Assembly (NCBI GenBank): GCA_965222225.1
Contig: CBDCTK010000002.1
Location: 3,168,001 to 3,232,000 of the forward strand
Direction of reading: 5' to 3'
DNA: 64,000 nt
Source: Candidatus Poribacteria bacterium
GTDB lineage: Bacteria > Poribacteria > WGA-4E > JAJDTR01
A program made the position numbers and the translations under genes. Shown piece after piece: positions 1 through 10,377 of the stretch (positions within the stretch are counted from its first letter, which is position 1; each line of letters begins with the position of its first letter). Under the pieces are notes generated by a model. It made no database searches and was not told the origin of the DNA. It saw only the letters and a list, made by a program, of their open reading frames with translations.

Positions 1-2
1 AT

Positions 3-2424
3 AAAATTGGATGCTCTTTAGACGAATTAGCGGCAGTAGTTCGCGAGCAAGTTGAAGCATCCATTAGTTTCAAGGGTTTCCTTTTACGTATTGAGAATCT
101 AAACTTTCGACGTCCTCAGGAGGGGGTAATCTACCGGTGTAACACTTGTAGACGCAAGCATTTGTATAAAGCAGGGGGAATTTGTACAAATACGAAGTGC
201 CTTAGTGAATTGGAAGCAATTGATCGAACCGAGGACACGATGGAAAAGTATGGGGGATACTACGCCTATCAGGCGGATCCCGACAGGCTGGGGATTCAAC
301 CTTATCGTTTCCACTGCGAAGAATTATCAGCACAGACCGATTCAGAGGAACGCCCAAACCGTCAACGGTGGTTCCAAGACGTAATCCTAAAAGGTGAAAT
401 TCGCCACACAGATGAAATAGATCTCCTCAGTGTGACGACAACGATGGAAGCAGGGGTTGATATCGGAGGCCTATCAATGGTATTGATGGGAAATGTACCC
501 CCACAGCGTTTTAACTATCAACAGCGCGTTGGACGGGCGGGACGACGCGGCGATTCAATTGCCTATGCTCTGACGCTGTGTCGCTTGCGTACCCATGATG
601 ACCATTATTTTACTCACACTGATGAAATAACAAATGCGTCAACCCTCTTGCCATATTTGGATCTACGTAGCTTAGATATTCTCAAGCGTGTTTTGTCGAA
701 GGAGATTCTGTACAATGCTTTCCGGCAAACATCAGGTTTGGCAATCTACGACGAAAGGAATGTGCACGGTGAATTTGGCAAGGTTTCCGATTGGGCAGTG
801 AATCGAGACACGTTCGTACGATGGATAGCAAATAACAGAGAAAAAATTGAACAGATTGTACAATTACTTGTAACGGAAACTGAATTGGGGGCCAAAAAAG
901 AAGAACTGTCAGAGTGGGGATTGAACAAGCTTATACATGAGATTAACGGCCGTGTTGAAGTCCATCCTTTTGAGGAAGACGATCTGAGCCAGTCGCTTGC
1001 GGAATCCGGTATTTTGCCAATGTTTGGCTTTCCAACGGGCGTTCGTCTTTTGTACCATGATTGGCCAAAGCGATCCAATTGGCCTCCTACATCAGGTGTC
1101 GTCGATCGGGACATTGAGATAGCCATCAGCGAATTCGCCCCTGGATCAGAGACCGTCAAGGATAAAAAAATTCACACGTCAATCGGCATTGTATCTTTTA
1201 GGCCAGAAGGGGATCGCATAGTAACTGAACGTGGCATTGCTCATGAGAAATCAATCGGATTCTGCCCCGATTGTAAGGCAATTTTCTTCGGTGATTCTGC
1301 GAACGAAATCGACTGCCGAATCTGTGGCTCTGAGACATTTAAGCAAATTCAAGCGATAGAACCAAAAGGTTTTTTGACGAATTTCAAACCGGACGACGCG
1401 CATGAGTCTTTCAACTGGACTCCGCGATCTACCTATTCCCGCCTCCCTTCTGACGTGTCCGCAGTCCTGCAGAAAGATTTTAATTTCCGGTGGGGGACGG
1501 AAAGCAAACTAAAGCTAGTCTCGGTCAACACTAATGGCGATCGCTTGTTTGTACTCCAGAAACAGCGTGGAAGTGAAGCACTCGTATCGGCTGAAGTCTG
1601 TCGTGGCTTAGCTGCCAAGAATGACGCATACGCGCTTAACGAGGAAACTGACTTGATTGGGGATGAGTGTAGCGTGGCACTTTTCGCCGCCAAAACAACT
1701 GATGTATTGTTAATTGAGGTTGATGAAATTCCAGTTGGTCTGATGTCCAATCAGAGAAACGAATACTGGCGAGCTGCGCTTTATTCGTTTGGTTTTCTGT
1801 TCCGCCAGTTTGTGGCGAGTCGACTCGACATCTCTCCAAATGAGTTGCGCGTTGAAATCCGTCCCGTGGAGGAGGGTGAAAATCACAAACAACAGGTATT
1901 TCTCGCGGACTCGTTGGCAAACGGTGCGGGATACTGCCGCCATTTAGGCGAGCGCGATGGCCAAGGGAGACCGTTCCGGTTGATTCGACTCCTAAACGAT
2001 ATGAATGATCCCGCGCAGGATTTTGCAAAAGGATTGATTGCACATGCAAACGATTGTGACTCGTCTTGTTATACCAAGGGATGTATGCGTGACTACTCCA
2101 ATATGCCCTATCATCCGTTTCTTGATTGGCGGTTAGGCCTGGATGTGGCACGACTCTGTCTCGAAAAAGGCTATCAGATGAATCTTCAAGGGAACTATTG
2201 GGCATCGTTGGTCAATCGGGTCGAGAAAAACCTCATGGAGCTCTTTCCAGATCTTGAGCGCCATGATCGCGACGGCGCACCCGTCTTCAAGGCTCAAATA
2301 CAGAATACATCATCCGTTAGCTGACTTCAATGGGCCCGAATTCATCAACATTTTTGATATTATCCGACGAGTGAGTCGCGTTATGAATCAAGTCGGACCA
2401 ACTCTAAATAGAAACGCTGTCTAA
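3..2424 (+). CDS. DEAD/DEAH-box helicase with DUF1998 (DruE/MrfA-like), 5'-partial, frameshift near 2290
   Basis: Frame is open from the window start. Helicase-C motifs SVTTTMEAGVDIG and NYQQRVGRAGRR; DUF1998 Zn motif (CDSSCYTKGC) and D..NGAGY. The ORF stops at 2324, but the +1 frame continues HHPL..FINIFDIIRR to TAA at 2422-2424. Confidence 0.85.
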
Positions 2425-2475
2425 CCTTTCGAGTCGTGCTATGGAGTGTAATCAAGGGAACCTGGACAAACCGCC

Positions 2476-3159
2476 TTAATTCGCCAAGAGTTGATTCAAA
2501 TCCTGAATTCGTCTCAGTTGAAAATTCGCGGCTGACAACTCTGAGCACCGCCTAGGTTGATCGCCGACCAGCCACGCCGTCCACATGCCTACGCATTTTG
2601 CGCCCACCATATCGTCCAAATAGGTGTCGCCGACATAGATTGCCTCGTTTGCCGATATGTCTAACTGTGACAACGCTGCCCGAAAAATGCCGCTATCAGG
2701 TTTTTTGATACCGATGATCGTGGAATCAACGATGACTTCAAGTAGAGGCGAGAGGTCATAGTCATCACACCAGCCCTTTGTATTCCCGAAGTTGTTGCTG
2801 ATGACACCCAGCCTGTAATCCGCCCGAAGCGTTGCGAGCCATTGACGATTCCGATGTAACGACATCTCCGCATCGTGGCAAAAATTGTGAAGAAATAAAT
2901 CCCTTATATTTGGATCTAGCTCTAGCCCTTCGTAAATTCCCGTGAAAATGGCATCTGCGGTTTGCCTGAGGTTGTATTTCCGACCATCGTCACTCGCGAT
3001 GAACTGTGCTACGGAAGCACGGTCCGCCCGATCAAATTCCTCACGACTCACGTGTGGAAACCTACCGTGAATGAATCGGTAGGCGCGTTCTCGCCAATGC
3101 AGCCCATTCCCGTCGAGCGTTCCGCCAAAGTCAAATAGAATGGCTTGGATTCTTGTCAT
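2476..3159 (-). CDS. HAD-superfamily hydrolase
   Basis: FDFGGTL motif I, ISN, KPD, VGDTYLDDM. Confidence 0.9.
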   Translation of the reverse strand: MTRIQAILFDFGGTLDGNGLHWRERAYRFIHGRFPHVSREEFDRADRASVAQFIASDDGRKYNLRQTADAIFTGIYEGLELDPNIRDLFLHNFCHDAEMSLHRNRQWLATLRADYRLGVISNNFGNTKGWCDDYDLSPLLEVIVDSTIIGIKKPDSGIFRAALSQLDISANEAIYVGDTYLDDMVGAKCVGMWTAWLVGDQPRRCSELSAANFQLRRIQDLNQLLAN

Positions 3160-4205
3160 GGATAATCTGGCAGATTGAAGTGCGTGGTAATCCGCTCAAT
3201 TACGTCCGTAGCTTGAATTTCCGTCATGCACAGATTGGGAGCATCCTTCCGCATGCACTTGCGCTTGTAGCAAGGGCGGCATGATACATCTTTCTCAATC
3301 ACGTGATGCCCTTCGCCGTATGGTTGGTGTCGTGTCGGGTTGGTCGGACCGAATAGAGCAATTGTCGGTGTGCCAACAGCCGCGGCAATGTGCATAGGAC
3401 CACTGTCACACGTCAGATAGAAATTGCACCGTTCAATAAGGGCTCCGAGTTGCAAGACAGTTGTTTTTCCAATAAGGTTTATTACCTTTGCCTTGACCAG
3501 TTTCTGCAACGCCTTCCCCAGTCCCACTTCTGAACTTGAACCCGTCAGAACGACAGCGCCCTCAAATCGATTTTGTATTCCTGCAATCACATCCGCAAAT
3601 CTGTTCAACGACCAAGACTTCGTCCCCCATGTTGTACCAAGGTTAATACCAACAATGCGGTCTTCAGGATTGACATTGCAGCCACTCAGTAGTTGATGGA
3701 CAACGCGACGATCGGCGTCCCTGTGCCAGAACTCCAGATTGAAGGCTGATTCATCTATACCCATAAGTTGGAGCACTCGCAGATAACGATTTACTTCGTG
3801 AAGATGTGTGTCATCCGCGCAGGATTGCGACAACAGAATGCCTCTGCCGCTTACGTTAGAACCGATTCGCGAAGGCACACCTGCGAGGAAGGGAATCAAT
3901 GCATTGCGAAAAGAAGTCGGATGCAAGACGACTGCGAGATCAAACCGCCCCCGCCGGATGCGACGTACGAGTCGGCAGAACGATTGTACAGCACTGACTC
4001 CCTGTCCCTTTTTGTCGACAATTACCTCGTCAACGTGCGGACACGTGTTCATGAGATTTGCGACAAGCGGCCGAATCAGTAGTGCAAGATACGATTGTGG
4101 ATAGACGCGCTTCAACGCTCTCAGAGCAGGGGTGAGAAGAATCATGTCACCAATCCAGCCGCCAGTCTGTGTGACAAGGATCCTATCTGTGGGATTTACA
4201 TTCAT
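3156..4205 (-). CDS. waaF: Glycosyltransferase family 9 (LPS heptosyltransferase II-like)
   Basis: WIGDMIL, DSGPMHIAAAVGTPTIALFGPT, C-terminal CRPC..C. Confidence 0.8.
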   Translation of the reverse strand: MNVNPTDRILVTQTGGWIGDMILLTPALRALKRVYPQSYLALLIRPLVANLMNTCPHVDEVIVDKKGQGVSAVQSFCRLVRRIRRGRFDLAVVLHPTSFRNALIPFLAGVPSRIGSNVSGRGILLSQSCADDTHLHEVNRYLRVLQLMGIDESAFNLEFWHRDADRRVVHQLLSGCNVNPEDRIVGINLGTTWGTKSWSLNRFADVIAGIQNRFEGAVVLTGSSSEVGLGKALQKLVKAKVINLIGKTTVLQLGALIERCNFYLTCDSGPMHIAAAVGTPTIALFGPTNPTRHQPYGEGHHVIEKDVSCRPCYKRKCMRKDAPNLCMTEIQATDVIERITTHFNLPDYP

Positions 4206-4464
4206 TGAATTCTCGAAGAGTGACTCGGAATTAAAGACGTGATCCGCGCCCTTTTACGGCGTATACTGACCTATATGTATCGAATAGCTTAATAAGATTG
4301 ACCGGGGCAGTCAACGTAAATCACCCTAATGGATTTCTGACAATCGCGGCAAGGTATATGCCCGGAAAGACACCAATGATTGGTATATAAATCAAAAACC
4401 CGGTCTATTGCGGCATTCCTAAGGGATTCTCTCGTCTGACTTGGGTGCATTTCGACAGTTTAAT

Positions 4465-4493
4465 TTCTCATTGCCATTTTTTTGTGGTATAAT
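4465..4493 (+). promoter_or_regulatory. Putative sigma70 promoter with extended -10
   Basis: TTCTCA-N17-TATAAT with TG-n before the -10, about 60 bp upstream of ATG 4555. Confidence 0.5.
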
Positions 4494-4554
4494 TGACTTG
4501 TCCTTGGGAATTCTCGTTAATTCAAGATCCAAGCCTAAGGCGGAGAACCCCCAA

Positions 4555-5184
4555 ATGCAAGAAACCCGCAGTCAGATTCTGAAGTTGATTAAACTACAGT
4601 ACAGTATGACCGTTAACGAATTGGCGGATGCCCTCAGTATCAGTTCAATGGGGGTGAGGCAACATCTCGCGATACTGGAAAAAGACGGTTTGGTTGAGTT
4701 CCAAAGGCAGAAACCGAAACGGGGCCGCCCAATTCATCTCTATCAACTAACGGAGAAAGGGGACAGTCTCTTTCCATTAAGTTATGAGAGTTTCGCCCTC
4801 AATCTGTTGCAAGAGATGGGAAGGCTTGATGGATGCGGACTTATCAATAAAGTATTACGGGGCAGAGTAGAATCACACATGGAGTCTTATGCACGACGCC
4901 TTGAAGGCAAGAGTCTGGCTGAGAAAGTGAAGATTCTCGCCGAGATCCGGGACGAAGAAGGCTACATGGCAGAGTTTACCGAAGATGACGAAGATTACCT
5001 GCTAGTCGAGCATAACTGTCCAATTGTAAGTATCGCTGAAGAGTATCCTCATGTGTGCGAAACCGAGTTAGCATTGTTTCGCCGATCGCTGGGCCAAAAG
5101 ATTCATCGCGAAGAACATCTCATGAATGGCAGCCACAGATGCAGTTACCGGATACCCAAGGGACAAAAAGCAGACAAGGGATGA
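4555..5184 (+). CDS. SufR-like HTH transcriptional regulator
   Basis: N-terminal HTH (ELADALSISSMGVRQHL..L), RGRP, C-terminal HNCPI/VCETE/C cysteine pattern. ATG 4555 preferred over the track start. Confidence 0.85.
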   Translation: MQETRSQILKLIKLQYSMTVNELADALSISSMGVRQHLAILEKDGLVEFQRQKPKRGRPIHLYQLTEKGDSLFPLSYESFALNLLQEMGRLDGCGLINKVLRGRVESHMESYARRLEGKSLAEKVKILAEIRDEEGYMAEFTEDDEDYLLVEHNCPIVSIAEEYPHVCETELALFRRSLGQKIHREEHLMNGSHRCSYRIPKGQKADKG

Positions 5185-5205
5185 GTCGAAGCAAGGACAT
5201 CGGGA

Positions 5206-5874
5206 ATGACGAAATCCGACGATTCAACCTTGTCTGAAAGGCGTGTCTTTTTCAAGCAAGCTGTCAGTAAATTCATGCAGCATGTGGCAGGATACTTGGA
5301 CGAGGGAATCGGCGACTATCTTCCCACCACTTCGGATTCGTCTCCCAATCAGTCCCTTGACCTACCAATCTTGCGTCCCCCGGGCGCGCTTTCCGAAACG
5401 ACGTTCCTAGAGACTTGCCAGCGTTGTGGAAATTGTGTTGAGAGTTGTCCCGCCGAGGCTATTCAGGTTTACCAAAGTAACAATTCACACCTTGCCGGAA
5501 CCCCCCACATTGATCCGAATTCCCAGCCGTGTGTTGTCTGCACCTCACTCGCATGTATGCAAGTGTGCCCTAGTGGTGCGCTTCAATCACTCTCGGTAGA
5601 TCAGATTCAGATTGGCTTGGCGGAAGTAAACCAAGACACCTGTCTGCGCACACAAGGGATTGAATGTACCTATTGCGTAGATAGTTGTCCAATCGGGGAA
5701 ACAGCCATTCGGCTTGATGCCCGAAAGCGAATCCAGGTGATACCAATGGGTTGCGTCGGGTGTGGCGTATGTCAGTATGAGTGCCCAACCGCGCCCGAGT
5801 CGGTTGTCGTCAAACTGCTTGCGAAATCGACATCATCGAACCAAGCACACGGGGAAAAGCACTTAACTAGCTGA
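5206..5874 (+). CDS. NapG/MauM-type polyferredoxin
   Basis: LRPPGAL.E..F...CQRCGNC and four 4Fe-4S Cys clusters; RR-containing N-terminus. Confidence 0.85.
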   Translation: MTKSDDSTLSERRVFFKQAVSKFMQHVAGYLDEGIGDYLPTTSDSSPNQSLDLPILRPPGALSETTFLETCQRCGNCVESCPAEAIQVYQSNNSHLAGTPHIDPNSQPCVVCTSLACMQVCPSGALQSLSVDQIQIGLAEVNQDTCLRTQGIECTYCVDSCPIGETAIRLDARKRIQVIPMGCVGCGVCQYECPTAPESVVVKLLAKSTSSNQAHGEKHLTS

Positions 5875-6156
5875 AAGTTAAACAACCAAAGCTACTCGGC
5901 GCTACAAACAAATATGTGAATGCCGCCTAGCGTGCGAACATCCTGATTGCTTCTCAATTAACTCTCTCCGGCAAACCAGACGCGGTTCCTCAGAGTCCGT
6001 ACCGATTTGATGTTGACATCCGATTTGCCCAATTGTTATTATTAGTTGGGTTTGTGCTTTCGAATAGCCGAGTTCAGAGGTTTTCAAAAGCATCTCAACT
6101 GTAAATGATGGCGAATTTCAACCACAATGACCGACAATTATAAGTAAGGCGGACAA

Positions 6157-8010
6157 TTGAAGAAGGTTTGGCTATTTGGGATAATTACATTTTGCCTGAT
6201 GACGCTAGAAGCAAACGGGCAAATCAAGTGGGACCCCGCGAAATTTATGCCGCTCTCTGAGGTTAAACCCGGCATGATGGGGGAAGCCTACACCGTATTC
6301 TCCGGCACAACGGTAGAGAAATTCAACTTTGAAGTCGTTAGCATTGAATACAATTTCGCGCCGCAGTGGCATGTGATATGGGTAAAGGGAAGTGGAGAGA
6401 ATTATGAACGAACCGGTGCTGCTGGTGGAATGAGTGGTAGTCCCGGATACATCAACGGACGGCTTATGGGTGCGTTGTCCCTCGGCTACTTCAACCAGCG
6501 CGAGTATGCAAACATTGTAGGGTTCACGCCCATTGAATCCATGATTGACGTTACTCATCGAGGAATGACGCCGAAGCTTAGTTATCGAGGCGGCAGGTTG
6601 TTTAACTTTGGGGCTAATATTGTAGGGGAAGGAATTGACATGCTCCCGTTTCCTACTAAAGGTTCCGCAAATGACATCGGCTTGACTGGGGCTCCCTCCG
6701 CTTTTTCCGATGTAGCCGTGAACACGGCCCGTCTTGAGGTTCCAGTAGCTGTTTCAGCGATGAGTCACCAAACGATGGCGTTTCTAGCGCCATTTCTTGC
6801 GAAATACCGGCTTCAGCCACTACAAGCGATGGGAGGCGGTCCGCCCGTTAAGGACGCCCCCATCGAACCGGGCCAGATTATCGGCACTGAATTCGCGCGT
6901 GGCGATTTTTCGATGTTCGGCTACGGAACGATGACATATATCGAAAACAACCAAGTGATTGGATTTGGGCATAGCGCATTCGGAGAGGGCAATGTTAATC
7001 TTCCGGTCTCTGGGGGTTACGTACATTTCATTTTACCGAGCATTGCGAGATCCTTCAAAGTAGCTGGTCCAACGAAACCAATCGGTACAATGGTTCAGGA
7101 CAGACAAACTGCAATTGCAGGTGTTCTCGGATCTTCGCCCAGCTATATTCCAGTTCAAGCCAATATAGAAACCACTGATGGACGGACATACCCGATGCAA
7201 TTTGATGTCATGCGTCATCAGGGATTTTCGTCACTGGTTGCCATGTTAGGTGCGTTAAATCTTCTGGACTCCGTTGAAATGAGCACGGGAGACCATACTA
7301 TCAATATAAACTCGGCGATTACGCTTAAAGATCAACCGAACTTGGTTTCCCGGGAGATCGTGCACGAAAACGTCTATTCCTCTAGTTTTTCCCCAGGATT
7401 TGCGGTGTTTCAAGCACTTTCGCCACTATCAAACCTGATTGGAAATACTTACGCTAAGGTTTCTGTTGAGCAGGTAGTATTGAATCTGAAACTAGAAGAC
7501 AAACGCAAAACCGCAGTCATTGAAGCACTTAGAATTAATAAAGATCGCTATCGTCCCGGCGAGGCCATTGAAGTTAAAACTACGCTGCGTCCATATTTGG
7601 AAGCGCCCATACTTCAGATTGGGCACATCACGATTCCGGACGACGCTCCCGAAGGATTAACAACTCTTCTCGCCACGAGCGCCACCTCTTATGAAAGTTT
7701 TCAGCGGGCTCGGGCACCCATGAATTATCGTCCGACGGACATCAACCAACTAATCAAACTTTTGCAACGTGGCGAAAGCAATAGTGATGTAATCCTCGAA
7801 CTCTTCACAACGGAGCGTGGAATGACAGTGCAAGGTCAAGAATTCTCAAACCTTCCGTTATCGGTAATGTCGGTAATGAATACAGCCACACAGATTGGCG
7901 AGGGCGGAGATACACTTGGAACCACCATTCAGGTTGCAAATCTTTCAACAACGTATGTCATTTCCGGCAGTAGATTTGTAAGATTCGCCATCGACCACAA
8001 TGCACCGTAA
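6157..8010 (+). CDS. SpoIVB peptidase S55 domain protein, secreted
   Basis: Signal peptide; GGMSGSP catalytic Ser motif; FGHS. Confidence 0.85.
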   Translation: MKKVWLFGIITFCLMTLEANGQIKWDPAKFMPLSEVKPGMMGEAYTVFSGTTVEKFNFEVVSIEYNFAPQWHVIWVKGSGENYERTGAAGGMSGSPGYINGRLMGALSLGYFNQREYANIVGFTPIESMIDVTHRGMTPKLSYRGGRLFNFGANIVGEGIDMLPFPTKGSANDIGLTGAPSAFSDVAVNTARLEVPVAVSAMSHQTMAFLAPFLAKYRLQPLQAMGGGPPVKDAPIEPGQIIGTEFARGDFSMFGYGTMTYIENNQVIGFGHSAFGEGNVNLPVSGGYVHFILPSIARSFKVAGPTKPIGTMVQDRQTAIAGVLGSSPSYIPVQANIETTDGRTYPMQFDVMRHQGFSSLVAMLGALNLLDSVEMSTGDHTININSAITLKDQPNLVSREIVHENVYSSSFSPGFAVFQALSPLSNLIGNTYAKVSVEQVVLNLKLEDKRKTAVIEALRINKDRYRPGEAIEVKTTLRPYLEAPILQIGHITIPDDAPEGLTTLLATSATSYESFQRARAPMNYRPTDINQLIKLLQRGESNSDVILELFTTERGMTVQGQEFSNLPLSVMSVMNTATQIGEGGDTLGTTIQVANLSTTYVISGSRFVRFAIDHNAP

Positions 8011-8081
8011 CTATGAAAAATGCGGCATACCATCTCTTTCTCCGTCTAACCCTTACTACATGAAATGCAGATCCGATAAGC

Positions 8082-10202
8082 ATGATTTCCCAACATGGAT
8101 TTAAAGGAGGCCCTTTCCTGACGTCTTTTCGTTTGAGTTCGGCTATTCTTGTACTCTGCCTTATTGGTATCACTCCGTTGTCGGCAGTAACTACATCAAT
8201 CTGGGAGCAAAACAGCCAGAAGGACTTTGAAGCCGGCACTCTCAAAGATGTATCGGTTACAAGCAAAGGCGACATTCTGTTAGCGCGGAAAATCGACCAA
8301 TTTGCGGAGATACAAGAAGAAATTTACGTTTGGTGCCTTGCTGAAGATTCAAAAGGTAATGTCTATGCCGGAACGGGAAATCAGGGCAAAATATACCGAA
8401 TCACTCCGGACGGTCAGTCGTCACTCTTCTACGATTCTCCCGAAGTCTCAATTCTAAGTCTAACTATAGACGCAAACGATAATGTCTATGCCGGCACGGG
8501 ACCGGATGGGTTGATTTACAAGATTACCGGCGAGAATGTCCCGCCGACAACAATACTGAGCTCCGAAGAGAAGTATGTATGGGCGTTGACATTCGACGAT
8601 AGCGGCAATCTCTACGCTGCCACCGGCACTGCCGGAAAAATCTACAAGATTGCGTCGACCGGTGAAGCCACGGTTCTCTTTGATTCGGAAGAAACCAATA
8701 TCAGGAGTTTGCTTTACCACGGAAATTCGCTGTACGCTGGAAGCGGCGGCAAAGGGATAATTTACCATATTTCCACTGATGGTGAAGCTGCCGTTGTACA
8801 TCAAACCGCGGAGAAAGAGGTCTCTGTGCTCATAGCGGGCATGGACGACAATATTTATGCCGCAACGATTACATCAGCGCCGCCGCAACCCGGTAGCCAG
8901 AGTCGCCCATCGCCTCCACCGCCATCGGGAGGTGGTCCTCCTGAGGAAAAGACGTCTTACATATACCAGATCCAGAAAGATGGTGTTGTCTCGAGAATCT
9001 GGGTTTCCCCTGCGCCACTCATACTATCGATGGTTTTCGAGAGTGACAATCAGTTGCTGATTGGGACGGGTGATGAAGGAAAAATCTATAGGGTTGATAT
9101 TGACGGAGATTTCATTTCGTTGGGAAAATGCGAGGCTAGCCAGATTCTAGCGATGCACCGTGTAGCGAGTACGGACAAACTGCTATTAGGAACGGGAAAC
9201 TCCGCTAAGATTTACGCATTGACAACCGAATATAAAGCGGAGGGCACTATTGAGTCCAAACCGCACAACACTCAAGCCATATCTCGGTGGGGCAAATTGC
9301 GGTGGGAGGCGGCACTGGAAGAGGGAACATCTATCACTTTCGCGACACGTTCCGGCAACACCAAGAAGCCCGACAACACGTGGAGCGACTGGTCAGATGA
9401 ATTGACCATCCCGGAAGGCAATCAGATTGCAAGTCCTTCAGCGCAGTGTATCCAATGGCGTGCGAAACTTACCGCGAGTGATTCGTCGCTAACTCCTATC
9501 CTCGACAAAGTTGTTCTCGCTTCCGCGCAAGCCAACATTGAGCCTCGATTTACAGAGATTGAAATTCAACACGGAGACGAATCAAAGGAACCCGGAGCGC
9601 CGCCCAGCCCACGTTCCCGTGAAATCGGACCGCCAAAGAGTTCGGGAAACCAGTCGAAGCAGTGGACTGTCCAATGGAAGGTAGAGGACTTGAATAAAGA
9701 TACGCTGCAATTTACCATTTACTACAAGGGGATTGATGAGGAGAACTGGAAACTTTTGAAGAAAGAACTGACAACTACCAGCTACAACTGGGATACAACG
9801 TCAATGCCCGATGGACGCTATGTCATCAAAATTGATGCAACGGACAAATTCAGCAATCCCCCGGCTTGGGCAAAATCCTCGGAGAAGATAAGTAAGCCAT
9901 TTGACATTGACAATACCCAACCAACAATGGGAGATGTCGTAGCTACTGCGAATGAAGACGGAACATACAAAATAACCTGTACCACCGAGGACGAATCCAG
10001 TCATATACAGAAGGCAGTGTATAAAATTGATGGCGACGAACACTGGAAGATAATCTTTCCCGAGGACGGCATCTTCGATTCTAAAAAGGAGACGTTGCTG
10101 CTCCAAACAAGATCTCTTCCGGCAGGAACGCACACAATCACAATTCAAGTGACTGACGCAGCGGAAAACGTAGCGGTTGACAGTACAAACTTCGCGAATT
10201 GA
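8082..10202 (+). CDS. Secreted beta-propeller protein with C-terminal Ig/Fn3-like domains
   Basis: Repeated D..GN.YAGTG..G.IY blades; WDTTSMPDGRY. Confidence 0.8.
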   Translation: MISQHGFKGGPFLTSFRLSSAILVLCLIGITPLSAVTTSIWEQNSQKDFEAGTLKDVSVTSKGDILLARKIDQFAEIQEEIYVWCLAEDSKGNVYAGTGNQGKIYRITPDGQSSLFYDSPEVSILSLTIDANDNVYAGTGPDGLIYKITGENVPPTTILSSEEKYVWALTFDDSGNLYAATGTAGKIYKIASTGEATVLFDSEETNIRSLLYHGNSLYAGSGGKGIIYHISTDGEAAVVHQTAEKEVSVLIAGMDDNIYAATITSAPPQPGSQSRPSPPPPSGGGPPEEKTSYIYQIQKDGVVSRIWVSPAPLILSMVFESDNQLLIGTGDEGKIYRVDIDGDFISLGKCEASQILAMHRVASTDKLLLGTGNSAKIYALTTEYKAEGTIESKPHNTQAISRWGKLRWEAALEEGTSITFATRSGNTKKPDNTWSDWSDELTIPEGNQIASPSAQCIQWRAKLTASDSSLTPILDKVVLASAQANIEPRFTEIEIQHGDESKEPGAPPSPRSREIGPPKSSGNQSKQWTVQWKVEDLNKDTLQFTIYYKGIDEENWKLLKKELTTTSYNWDTTSMPDGRYVIKIDATDKFSNPPAWAKSSEKISKPFDIDNTQPTMGDVVATANEDGTYKITCTTEDESSHIQKAVYKIDGDEHWKIIFPEDGIFDSKKETLLLQTRSLPAGTHTITIQVTDAAENVAVDSTNFAN

Positions 10203-10377
10203 TTACCGTCCGGAATGAAAGTCAGTTCGCAAGAATTCAGTTGGATTTCAAAATCTCCCACCTTTGACCTTCATCCGCGCCATTCATAAAGTCTAACCTT
10301 TCGCGGAACATGTTGGCGCCAAATCCTATGTAACAAAGAATAACGGTCATTGTGTAATGCTAGCAGATTGTTAGGAA

